Shown: piece by piece, positions 50,126 to 61,100 of the stretch
Numbering within the stretch: position 1 is the first letter of the stretch
Layout of the letters: each line of letters starts with the position of its first letter
Assembly: GCA_002269645.1 (NCBI GenBank)
Contig: NIVC01001653.1
Span: forward strand, 5,973 to 69,972
Reading direction: 5' to 3'
DNA: 64,000 nt
Source: Macrostomum lignano
Lineage: Eukaryota
Made by a program: the position numbers and the translations under genes
The notes under the pieces: generated by a model
What the model saw: only the letters and a program-made list of their open reading frames with translations
What the model was told of the DNA's origin: nothing
The model's database searches: none

Positions 50126-51280
50126 ATCAAGCAGAGCAGGACAGTTTTTCAATGGGGCAGATTAGGAGTGATTAGGAAAAAACCACCCAAAGCATTTCCT
50201 TGATGCCGTATTTGCTATTGAGTGTTCCTGTTTCAAGCTATGACCTCTTGAAGTGCAATACTTGCTGATTTTCTAAGGCAAAACTATTTTTTTAAGAGCA
50301 GCGAACTGAAGTTGTAATCACGCAGGTTTTTCACTTCAAGGATACTTCATGACAAAAAGCTAGCTTTTAATCAAAATTCTAACGCAGAGTGATCAAGGCT
50401 GGATATTGATTTATAGGTAGCTGGGATACCCACCAATGCAAGCTGTTAGCCAGCTTCAGCTGTGACGCTGTTGTCGTTGGATCTCACATCCGGGATGTCA
50501 GCTTACTTTAAGAGCTTGAAAGCTGGTGAGCTGGTGAGCTACTCAATGACAGGAAGAGCTCCAAAGAGCACAAGGGCAATTTGCTGGTTCTAGTAGCTAA
50601 GCGTCGACCTAATTATTCTCCAGGATATGGCGAAATATATTGATTGACCTTGCAGTTAAAAGCTTGATTCTTTCTATCCCCTATCTTCCCTTCCTCTTAT
50701 CTTCCCTTGATTAATGCGAAAGAAATCCAAAATCCAATTCTTTCCACTGGAACAATGGAATGCAGAACTCATGTGCAACCCGTTACCTGGCGCAAGCAAA
50801 TAAAGAACTCTTACGGAAATGGTTGGGAAGGCAAGCAATCATGCTCATCCCTCTGACACCTGAGCTTGATAATCAATTACCTAGTCAACGTGAGGTCCGG
50901 GGGTTCGGTAATTATGTTGGCGGAAAAATTAGTGACCGTGGCTCAAGAGTCACGGCTCAAAAGTCACGGCTCAAGTTCCTGTGCACTGGGTTCTCAAATC
51001 GTATTTTGTAATTATTCGATCCTAGTCATAAAATTATCATCATAGCGTTGGTCCCTAAAATTCACAGAACTCTGCAAAATTTTATGGCATGATAAAATAT
51101 AATTGACTGTTGGTCACTTTCGAATTTCTGATGTTAAATTGCTCATATGGCTAGCATTACTTCGGAAAATGTTGTAGCATCCCTCGTAGATTAGCTTAAA
51201 CAATTACATGCAAAAGCAGCCAAAAAACAATGCAGCACTTAAATCGAAGCGCCCTGATCTGATGCCGAAACCGCCTCTTA

Positions 51281-52228
51281 TTGAATGCAATCGCTGCCCC
51301 CCCCCGCTCAGCTCTGGCCATCTGCTTTGGAGCCGCCGGCAACGCCGTCATCACCCTCACCATCGCCACCACCCGCCAGCTGCACATCACCCCGAACGTC
51401 TACTTGGCCAACCAGGCTGTGGTAGACTTTCTCGTCTCGACCGTGACCACACCGGGTCTGTTAGCGAACTACGCTGGCAGTCCGACCAGGTTCGACTTCG
51501 ACATGTCAGCGTGCTGCGTCCACTGCTGCGTGGTGCTGGCCTACGCCGGGATGCTGTTACTCGAGACCAGCCTCTACAACATGGCCCTGGTGGCGGCCAA
51601 TCGCTACCTGTTTATCGCTCGCTCGCAGTCGACGTTCAACAAAATCTTCAATCGTCGTGGCGTGGCGATCAGCCTGGTCCTCGTCTGGCTGGTGCCGGCC
51701 TTGTTCGCCCTGCCGCCCCTGCTCGGGCTCGGCCGCTACGGCCTGAACGAAGCGTTCGGCGCCTGTCTGTTCTTGTCGAACCACCAGCCCAGCTACTACT
51801 ACATCCTGGGCTTCGGCTGTCTGGCCGTTGGCTTCCCAGCGCTCGGCGTCTCTCTGGGCTGCTACATCGGCATCTACGTGGCCTACCGACGGTCGCAGAA
51901 GGCGGTCGGAGGCGACGCTAGCTCACCAGCCGTCGCTACGACGACAGGCGGAAGCGGAGTCGGCGGCAAGGCGAAAGAGTCGCGTAGCTCAGCAACTAGG
52001 CTGGCTCGAAGCCTCTTCATCACTTGGTGCCTGTTTCTAGCGCTGTGGGGCCCGATCATTCTGGTGACCCTGTGTAACCTGCTGGTGCCCCGGCTGCTCA
52101 CAATGACCCGCCTGCTGTTCCTCATGGCGGTCAGCAACAGCGCCTGCAATCCGCTGCTCATGCTCGCCACCAACCAGCGCCTGCGTGAGGCTGCCGTTCG
52201 GAAGCTGCTTCGTCGACGACGTGGTTAA
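51281..52228 (+). CDS. Class A (rhodopsin-like) GPCR, melatonin-receptor/GPR84/Tre1-like; N-terminus unresolved
   Basis: Seven hydrophobic segments with GN (TM1), LANQAVVD (TM2), NRY (TM3), W...P (TM4), ECL2 Cys, FP...Y (TM5), LWGP (TM6), NSACNP (TM7). No ATG at the ORF start; a possible acceptor at 51310-51311 or an indel in the C9 run. Confidence 0.9.
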   Translation: MNAIAAPPRSALAICFGAAGNAVITLTIATTRQLHITPNVYLANQAVVDFLVSTVTTPGLLANYAGSPTRFDFDMSACCVHCCVVLAYAGMLLLETSLYNMALVAANRYLFIARSQSTFNKIFNRRGVAISLVLVWLVPALFALPPLLGLGRYGLNEAFGACLFLSNHQPSYYYILGFGCLAVGFPALGVSLGCYIGIYVAYRRSQKAVGGDASSPAVATTTGGSGVGGKAKESRSSATRLARSLFITWCLFLALWGPIILVTLCNLLVPRLLTMTRLLFLMAVSNSACNPLLMLATNQRLREAAVRKLLRRRRG

Positions 52229-53109
52229 AAACTGCAGCTTATTTTAGCCATGACGTCATCATCAGAAGTTACTGTAATCTTTGATCGAACAAGTTTTCTA
52301 ACCCTATAAAAGTCCTTCGTAATCCTGCCTAATCAACTAATGCCAGCAGCCTTGGTTCCGTGTGTTTCTGACCAATTAATTGCCTGTAGTCCTATTTAAA
52401 CATATCAAATCGCTTCGTTGCACGCATTATTTTTTACAAAAGTTTATCGATATATTTTATATAGTACGAGAGCCTGCTGCAACGCTGGTAACAGACAAGA
52501 GCAAATACTCAGTAGCACAAAGCAGTCAGTATAGAGCCATCGTGAATGACGTGAACTGTACGTGATAATTTTATTCACACAGTCACGTACAGCGGAGACA
52601 CCAGCCGGATGCTGATTCTTCACCACGTGCCAGTGAGCGGCAACAGCAGGCCACAAGCGAGTGACAATAAACGATTTTTTTCCAGTTAGACATTTCGCCA
52701 ACAAAAGTTGCACTCTTTCCATTCTTGATGATGCTTCCAAGCCGTCTGATTCTTTTTTCTGATCGTTAGTCATAGAGTGAGCTCAGGGCAAGGCGTGTTT
52801 TAATGGCACCTTCGAAAAGCGAAATCAATAGGGAATCTGCTTTTGTAAAAAAATATAACCGCTTTACTGATCTATTAGCTCTCAAGCCCGATAGTGAATG
52901 GTACTTAAACACTCGCTTTTAGCAACCAAACTCTTTCAGGGATACGCTCAAGAATATCCCTGAATTTTTTACAACAATGATCTTGTTTCAATCCAAAAAA
53001 ACGTTAGCGATCGTGGTCCATTGAAACTAGCAAACCCATTGATTCGCAGAAAGCATTATTTTTGTATGACTAAAGTGCATAAACTTACGAGCAGAAGGCA
53101 GCCGCGGGT

Positions 53110-53588
53110 TTATGTTGTTGTTGAGACCGCCCTGCAGTACAATGCTGAGACCTGGACGCTGACCGGGGCGCTTGAGGCGCAGCTCGACGCGGCACATGCG
53201 GCCCTAGTCCGCGCCGCTCTCGGCGCCCGCCGCGGCCCTGGCAGTGAGACAACCGAGTCCCTGTACAAGCGCACAGGCCTGACGCGGCCTTCTGCCCTGC
53301 TGAGTCAGCGGCGCCTGCGGCTGGCCGGACATGTCATCCGGGCCGAAGCTTACTGCCCAGAGCCGCTGCAGGACGTCCTGTTGTGGACACCGCAGGGACC
53401 GCGCAGGCGTGGCCAGGGACGATCAGCCCGCTACGTCGACCGCCTTTTTGAAGATGCGCGAGCACCCAGCCAGGCGGCCGGTGTGAAGCACATTAGAGAC
53501 CTAGCTCTGAAACGCGCGATTTGACGCTCCCCCCTTTTGGCTCTTCTGTGGCTGGCGTGGGGCGTAACTATTATTATTATTATTATTA
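53110..53588 (+). mobile_element. 5'-truncated non-LTR retrotransposon (RTE-like ORF C-terminus, short 3' UTR, (TAT)n tail)
   Basis: YNAETWTL...LY...RRLRLAGHVIR...LLWTPQGPRRRG...YVDRLFED is the typical RTE-type post-RT region; stop at 53524; (TAT)n at ~53568-53588. Confidence 0.8.
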
Positions 53589-54950
53589 AGTACTAACCTC
53601 GAATTACCAAATAAGCTTAACCTGCTCAGGTGTAATCTCAAATTATTTCAAACAGTTATTTTCAACATAGTTTAGAGACAGGATTTTAATACGAAGTTCT
53701 ACATGCAGCTTGTGTACTAATTTCCATTATTATCAGATCCGTTTACACAGGAATTGGCTCACCTCTAATCTTCTTTACCTTTCTCTTACATTTTCCTTTC
53801 AACTCTCCACTGCCTACCCAATTCCCAATTGTAGGCTGAAGTGCACTGAGCCAGAAATCGCAGGTAAATCGATTTATAAGGGTCGTCACTCGGATTGCTG
53901 CATCGGCCACCAGGTAACCTGTGAGTACCAAAGTACTCCGGTACGCCACTATGAGTCGCGAGAACTGCATTTAGTACGAGAGGGCGCTTTTTATCACTTC
54001 ACAATGTCCTAAAGTAGATAGATATGAACCCTGGGAAGCTCAATATTTATTCTAGTGGATGACAATAGCATTGAGGGAGGACGGAAGCCTGCAATTTAAG
54101 AAGATTTCCCGAGCTCATGGAGCTGAATTTTTAATCTAGCTGAGTGCTCTTGGCTCTGAGACGCGGTAAATAATCTTTTCTGCTAGATAGATTTGGCAGA
54201 CCCAATGCTGAAACAATTTGTGCTCCGTGATTAAACTGGGATTGGGATACGCAAGTCTTTCTCGGAAAAACATAAAAATTTCACTGCAACAGTTATTAGA
54301 GAATTCTATTTCAGATAGTTAAGTGGAGTTCGATTGCAGCAGAAATTAAAAGCATAAGACTTTTTATTCCTACTATTAGTAGCTATAATAATTTGGGGGC
54401 CCAGGCTTGATTCCAAGTGCAGTCACATTAATTTGTGACCAAATTGAAATCTGCTCGTGCAATTAAGGCCCTTGAAGGCCAAACCCCAAGGCACAGTGAA
54501 GTGTACATGCCTAACGATAAATAAAGTCAGGGCCGCTGTACACTCCTGTGTGAGTGTGTGCCTGTGCGTATGACTGCGTACGTATCCGCGCGCTTGTGTG
54601 CCTGCTCAGAGTGAGAGTAATGCCTCTCGCCGGTTCTCACACAGCGCCCTGCCTCTAATAAAAACATAGTAGCTAGCGATCGAACTATTTCAAAACAGGT
54701 GGCAACTTTGGCTTGATTATTAAGCGGAAATGTCGTTTCCAATAGCAACAGTATAGTATATTTGAAACATTCTAAACGCCTTCAATTTTCGAAGCACTAG
54801 CACAGCAACTCGGCATACAAAAATATCGCAGACGCTATTGTTCTTGGAAATATCTGTCGTCGACTGCCTGAGAGCTTTTAAGAGCTTAGCTGGGCCACAG
54901 TAACAACAACAGTAACTACATTTATTGTGCAGCCTCTCAAGCTCAGTAAT

Positions 54951-54957
<7 letters not shown>

Positions 54958-54999
<42 letters not shown>

Positions 55000-55015
55000 C
55001 TCTCTCTCTCTCTCT
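54958..55015. repeat. (CT)n microsatellite
   Basis: Direct reading. Confidence 0.95.
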
Positions 55016-55172
55016 TGGAGACAGCCACTTTCAGTTGAGGCCTCGCATTCTCTTGAACTACAGAGACAGACGGCGAAACGCAGCTGTGCGATCTCGCGGG
55101 CACAGACCGCCACCCCTTCGCCACTTCCAACTACCATTTTGTTAAGCAACTGTAACGGGGCATCGTCTGCAG

Positions 55173-57464
55173 TAAAAAAGATGCCAGCCCCCTCCCTGCA
55201 CTGCTAAAAGAGACATACAATAGAGCAACAGCAGCCACAGCGGCAGCAACAGTTCCAGAAAGCATGCTGAACTCAGCCGCCGCCGGAAGGCGACAGGTCA
55301 ACGATTTCAACACAGTCGCCGATGAAGTCAGGCCGGGCACTGGCGGCAGCGCCAGAAGCGATCCCGGCGTTCGGGGCGGTGGCGTCGAGCCAGCCGAGCC
55401 CGACCGAGCGCCAACGCCAGCACCGGCCCCCTCGGTCGATGAGGAGGAGGCCAACGTTGATGTCGGTGGTGTCGAGACAACCGACGCTACTGAACAGCGT
55501 CTGCCAGCGCCATCAACTCCACAGGAATTCACGTCGCTGACTACTTCTCCGCCACCGCCGCCGATGATGCACACACCTTCGCAGGAGAACATTGAGTCTC
55601 CAGCGCTGCAACCCGCTGATCGGGAGCTCCTGGCAAGAAGTCAGCCAGCCAACACGCCAACGACACCGTGTACAGTTTTCTCTAAGCGGCCTGGCGTTAG
55701 CAGGTTTGATTTGGGGGTTGGTAGAGGGAACTGTGGGTTTACATTTAGCTCCAATCCCAACTTGACACTCAGCAACAGCTCCAATCCTAAAATGACACTC
55801 AGCAACAGCTCCAATCCCAACTTGACACTCAGCAACAGCTCCAATCCCAACTTGACACTCAGCAACAGCTCCAATCCTAAAATGACACTCAGAAACAGCT
55901 CCAATCCTAAAATGACACTCAGCAACAGCTCCAATCCTAAAATGACACTCAGCAACAGCTCCAATCCCAACTTGACACTCAGCAACAGCTCCAATCCCAA
56001 CTTGACACTCAGCAACAGCTCCAATCCTAAAATGACACTCAGCAACAGCTCCAATCCTAAAATGACACTCAGAAACAGCTCCAATCCTAAAATGACACTC
56101 AGCAACAGCTCCAATTCTAAAATGACACTCAGCTTCTATCCTAGTTTAACACTGAACAGCAGCTGCAACTCCGACCAAAACCAACTTCCTAACGCCCAAC
56201 TCGACTTTCAGACCGTCTCAGCAGACGGCAAACACCACCATGCGTCGGAATTGCTACGAGCAGGCGGTGAACCTGGTCGCTGCTCGTTGCGTGACGAACC
56301 CGCTGGTTTCGCCCAACTGGCAGAGACAACGCAGCGGCGGAGGCGATCCCGCGGACGATCCACCGCCAGGATTTGGTGGCCCGAGAGTGTTTTATATCCG
56401 TCAGAAACGGCCAAGGCCCATGACTCCACTGAAGGTGACTTAGGAAAGGGGAGAATTGGCAAAATATTCGGTCTACTTTTCAAGTTGTATGTCAGTTCAG
56501 AATTGTCACTGACTCAATTGCACCCAAAAGTGTGCGCAGAAATTGCACTTCTTCTGTGCCAGTGCTTTTGAATTACGGTTGTTTAGTATGCTCACACAAA
56601 ACGGAAGCAGAATTTGCACATGCATAAGGACTATGGTTCGTTACGTTCGTGACGTTCGTTAGTACTCAAACATTCACGCTTAGATTGAAAGTGCTGAAGA
56701 CTTTTTTATCCATATTTATTCTACTGACTTAAATGGCGTTCCCGCAGGCCTGGGCTGGTTACCATGGCAACGTCTACTTCAGCCCCCTGCGCATCCGCCG
56801 ATCCGAGTTCGCGCACCCGGACTCGCAGCTCTCCCTGCCCTCCCTGCCTGCCTGCAGCGGCCGCCTGCAGCAAGTTCTTGAGTCCAGCCGACTCAACGCC
56901 GAGCACCTGCTACTCCTGCGCGCCCGGTCGGACGCCGCCGCAATGAAGCGGAGGCCGCCGCCCCGACGCGCGGCCATGGTTGGCGGTCAGTCGTCCGGAC
57001 AGCAGCCGCTGGTGCAGCTGGACCGAGCCTACCTGGCATCCAGGGCCGCCTCCAGGCAGCAGGGACCTGACGGGCCCGAGACAGCCGGCGGCACCATGTC
57101 AGTCAGTCGCGATGTGCACCTGTACCGCAGCGCTCACGCCACCGGCACTCTGCAATTCCAGAATCAGCAGCTCCATGAGCAGCCGCAGCAGTTCGAGCCC
57201 GAGCCGCAACCAACAGCTGGTCGAGTCTATCGGGGCAGCGTCAGCAGGAAGCTGCGCGACCTCCGTCTGACGAGATCAACGGAGACGTCAACAAAATCTC
57301 CGACTGGGTCGCAGCGGCAGCAGCAGCTGCGCCAAGCGCACAACAACTCGATGGTGAGCCTCGATCGAGGAGAGATCGACCGGCTGTACGACCAGCTGCC
57401 GTCGCTGATGGCCAGCGTGCCTCGGTCGCAGGCACGGCAGTTTCAGAGTGGAACAGATCATTAA
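55173..57464 (+). CDS. Unidentified low-complexity protein; exons 55173..55703, 56212..56434, 56748..57464 (5' end unresolved)
   Basis: In-phase joins AG|GTTTGA...tttcAG|A (Arg) and AAG|GTGACT...ccgcAG|GCC; GC-rich exons; stop TAA at 57462-57464. The first donor is weak and no domain was recognised. Confidence 0.55.
55747..56133. repeat. 30-bp minisatellite (AGCAACAGCTCCAATCCYAAMWTGACACTC), ~13 copies
   Basis: Two alternating variants; lies in the predicted 55704..56211 intron. Confidence 0.95.
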
Positions 57465-58172
57465 CAACAGGCTTCAATGATGTCTTCGCTGATTTCTATT
57501 TAACAAATGTTTGCACACTTGTTAAAACGATGCTAAATTACTTGTAATTCAAGCATTAAAAACTCTAACGAAATCAAAAATAAAATCTGGCCAAGAATTT
57601 TACTATTTTTAATTTATTTAGAAGAATTGTCGACACGAGGTCTCCCATTAAGCCATCACAAAGTAAATGTAATCCTAAAAAGCAGATTGCATTTAGGAAG
57701 GGCTGGGTTAAAATTATTCGGAATTAAGTCATGCCGTTGCCATACTACAGTAGGATAGATTTCTGCCAGCTCAGCTCTTGAGCAGTCTTGGGGACTTCTC
57801 AAAATCCGGATTTCTCTTCCTCAGCCTTCCCTTCTTCCGGGGTTTCCCTCGCCCCCAGCAAAATTGCTAGCAAAAAGCAAGGAGGCAGTGAAGCAGTGAG
57901 AGCAGAAATTTTATGCGTCTCTGCGTGGGAGAAAGGGGGTTGGGGCTGGGAGAACAAGAGGGGAGAACGCGGCAACAGCGGAAGAAGATTTAATCCCCGC
58001 AATCCCCATTTGCATGTCCGATCCCTTATCCGGGGGGGGGGGGGGTGGGACGCAGAAAAAACCGAGATACAATAAAACTGGTGGGATTCTTTGCGTCAAA
58101 TAGAAAAATTTCTGCAAAAGAAGAAAATCCGCTTTTGAAATAATTGTTTTGCCAACAATTAAGTCCCAGAGT

Positions 58173-61100
58173 ATGCAGCTATCGAATGCCGTCAGTGGCG
58201 AGTCTCGAACTGAGGGAGACGATGAGCGACATCAGCTGCAGGTCAGAGGTGCCCAGCAGCCTGAGAAGTACACAGAGGAGCGAAGGTGACCATAGGAAGG
58301 TCTTGAGCTGATGGTTTTACCAGAGACTATTGAGTCCGCTTTTATGCGCCTTCTTTCAGAACCTCCGCTGTGGCAGACTCCGCTGCTGAACCCTCGTACC
58401 CCGACCCTGACGATGACGGCAACGAATTTCAGTTCGAAGGTGGCCGACCAACTCAGCCGATGCCAAAGCGCCTGATTCTGCCGCTGAACATCTCCTTTCT
58501 GGGGTTGAACCTCATGTTCCTGCTGCTGTCCGTTGAAGGTAAAAGAGTTTTTGCTGCAGTCAGAACTTGAAGTATACTACGTTCCAAGACAGTACAATCT
58601 ACCAGATCCACTAAACCAGAGACCCGCAACAATCAACTATAAAAATACACAAATAGTGGACACCACGTAGCTACTGGACACAGTCCGATGTAAAAAGGAC
58701 ACAGACACCACGAAGCTAACTGGACACAGTCCGATGTAAAAAGGACACAGACACCACGAAGCTAACTGGACACAGTCCGATGTAAAAAGGACACAGACCC
58801 CACGAAGCTAACTGGATACAGTCCGATGTAAAAAGGACACAGACACCACGAAGCTAACTGGACACAGTCCGATGTAAAAAGGACACAGACCCCACGAAGC
58901 TAACTGGACACAGTCCGATGTAAAAAAGACACAGACACCACGAAGCTAACTGGACACAAGCAGATGTAAAAAAGACACAGACACCACGAAGCTAACTGGA
59001 AACAAGCAGATGTAAAAAAGACACAGACACCACGAAGCTAACTGGAAACAAGCAGATGTAAAAAAGACACAGACACCACGAAGCTAACTGGAAACAAGCA
59101 GATGTAAAAAAGACACAGACACCACGAAGCTAACTGGACACAAGCAGATGTAAAAAGGACACAGACACCACGAAGCTAACTGGACACAAGCAGATGTAAA
59201 AAAGACAGACACCACGAAGCTAACTGGACACAAGCATGTGTAAAAAGACACAGACACCACGAAGCTAACTGGACACAAGCAGATGTAAAAAAGACACAGA
59301 CTTCACGAAGCTAACTGGACACAAGCAGATGTAAAAAAGACACAGACACCACGAAGCTAACTGGACACAAGCATGTGTAAAAAAGACACAGACACCACGA
59401 AGCTAACTGGACACAAGCAGATGTAAAAAAGACACAGACTTCACGAAGCTAACTGGACACAAGCAGATGTAAAAAAGACACAGACACCACGAAGCTAACT
59501 GGCCACAAGCAGGTGTAAAAAAGACAGACACCACGAAGCTAACTGGCCACAAGCATGTGTAAAAAAGACAGACACCACGAAGCTAACTGGCCACAAGCAT
59601 GTGTAAAAAAGACACAGACACCATGAAGCCAACTGGACACAAGCAGATGTAAAAAAGACACAGACTTCACGAAGCTAACTGGACACAAGCATGTGTAAAA
59701 AAGACAGACACCACGAAGCTAACTGGCCACAAGCATGTGTAAAAAAGACACAGACACCACGAAGCTAACTGGACACAAGCAGATGTAAAAAAGACACAGA
59801 CTTCACGAAGCTAACTGGACACAAGCAGATGTAAAAAAGACACAGACACCACGAAGCTAACTGGCCACAAGCAGGTGTAAAAAAGACAGACACCACGAAG
59901 CTAACTGGCCACAAGCATGTGTAAAAAAGACAAACACCACGAAGCTAACTGGCCACAAGCATGTGTAAAAAAGACACAGACACCACGAAGCTAACTGGAC
60001 ACAAGCAGATGTAAAAAAGACACAGACTTCACGAAGCTAACTGGACACAAGCAGATGTAAAAAAGACACAGACACCATGAAGCTAACTGGACACAAGCAT
60101 GTGTAAAAAAGACACAGACACCATGAAGCTAACTGGACACAAGCAGATGTAAAAAAGACACAGACTTCACGAAGCTAACTGGACACAAGCATGTGTAAAA
60201 AAGACAGACACCACGAAGCTAACTGGCCACAAGCATGTGTAAAAAAGACACAGACACCACGAAGCTAACTGGACACAAGCAGATGTAAAAAAGACACAGA
60301 CTTCACGAAGCTAACTGGACACAAGCAGATGTAAAAAAGACACAGACACCACGAAGCTAACTGGCCACAAGCAGGTGTAAAAAAGACAGACACCACGAAG
60401 CTAACTGGCCACAAGCATGTGTAAAAAAGACAGACACCACGAAGCTAACTGGCCACAAGCATGTGTAAAAAAGACACAGACACCACGAAGCTAACTGGAC
60501 ACAAGCAGATGTAAAAAAGACACAGACTTCACGAAGCTAACTGGACACAAGCAGATGTAAAAAAGACACAGACACCATGAAGCTAACTGGACACAAGCAT
60601 GTGTAAAAAAGACACAGACACCATGAAGCTAACTGGACACAAGCAGATGTAAAAAAGACACAGACTTCACGAAGCTAACTGGACACAAGCAGATGTAAAA
60701 CAGACAAACACAGAAATATATTAAACAAAATCAGATAAAGGAAAGAAGCAGACGGCACGAGGCTTGTTAGACACAATATTGCACCGCAGTAGAATCAGAT
60801 GCTAAAGGAACAACTATGCGGGCTAATATAGAAAAATTAGGTTTCCAGGCAATGAAAAAATAATCGAAGAAATTCCTTTGAACTTCATCAAAACGCTGCA
60901 GTGATCCCAGCGCAGGTGCAGTCGATGGTCGGCTCAGGCAGCAAAGGCAGCGTCCTTGGCGGCATGGTGGCCGGCGGCGCCCTTCTAACGCTGCTCTGCG
61001 GCCCTCTGGTCGGAATGAAAAGTGACCGACTGGCCACCCGGTTCGGCAGACGGCGTCCCATCATGGTTGTGTCAACTCTGTGCTTGTGGTAAGATGGGGC

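Noticed and set aside
51281-52228. Opsin
   Set aside because: The retinal-binding Lys position six residues before the TM7 NP is Val.
52556-52592. 10-bp perfect inverted repeat (CTGTACGTGA / TCACGTACAG) downstream of the GPCR
   Set aside because: One such match in 64 kb is plausible by chance and nothing else supports it.
57808-58140. Imperfect inverted repeat (CAAAATCCGGATTTCTC / GAAAATCCGCTTTTG) around a G13 run upstream of the MFS gene
   Set aside because: Too short and mismatched to call a MITE; no TSD.
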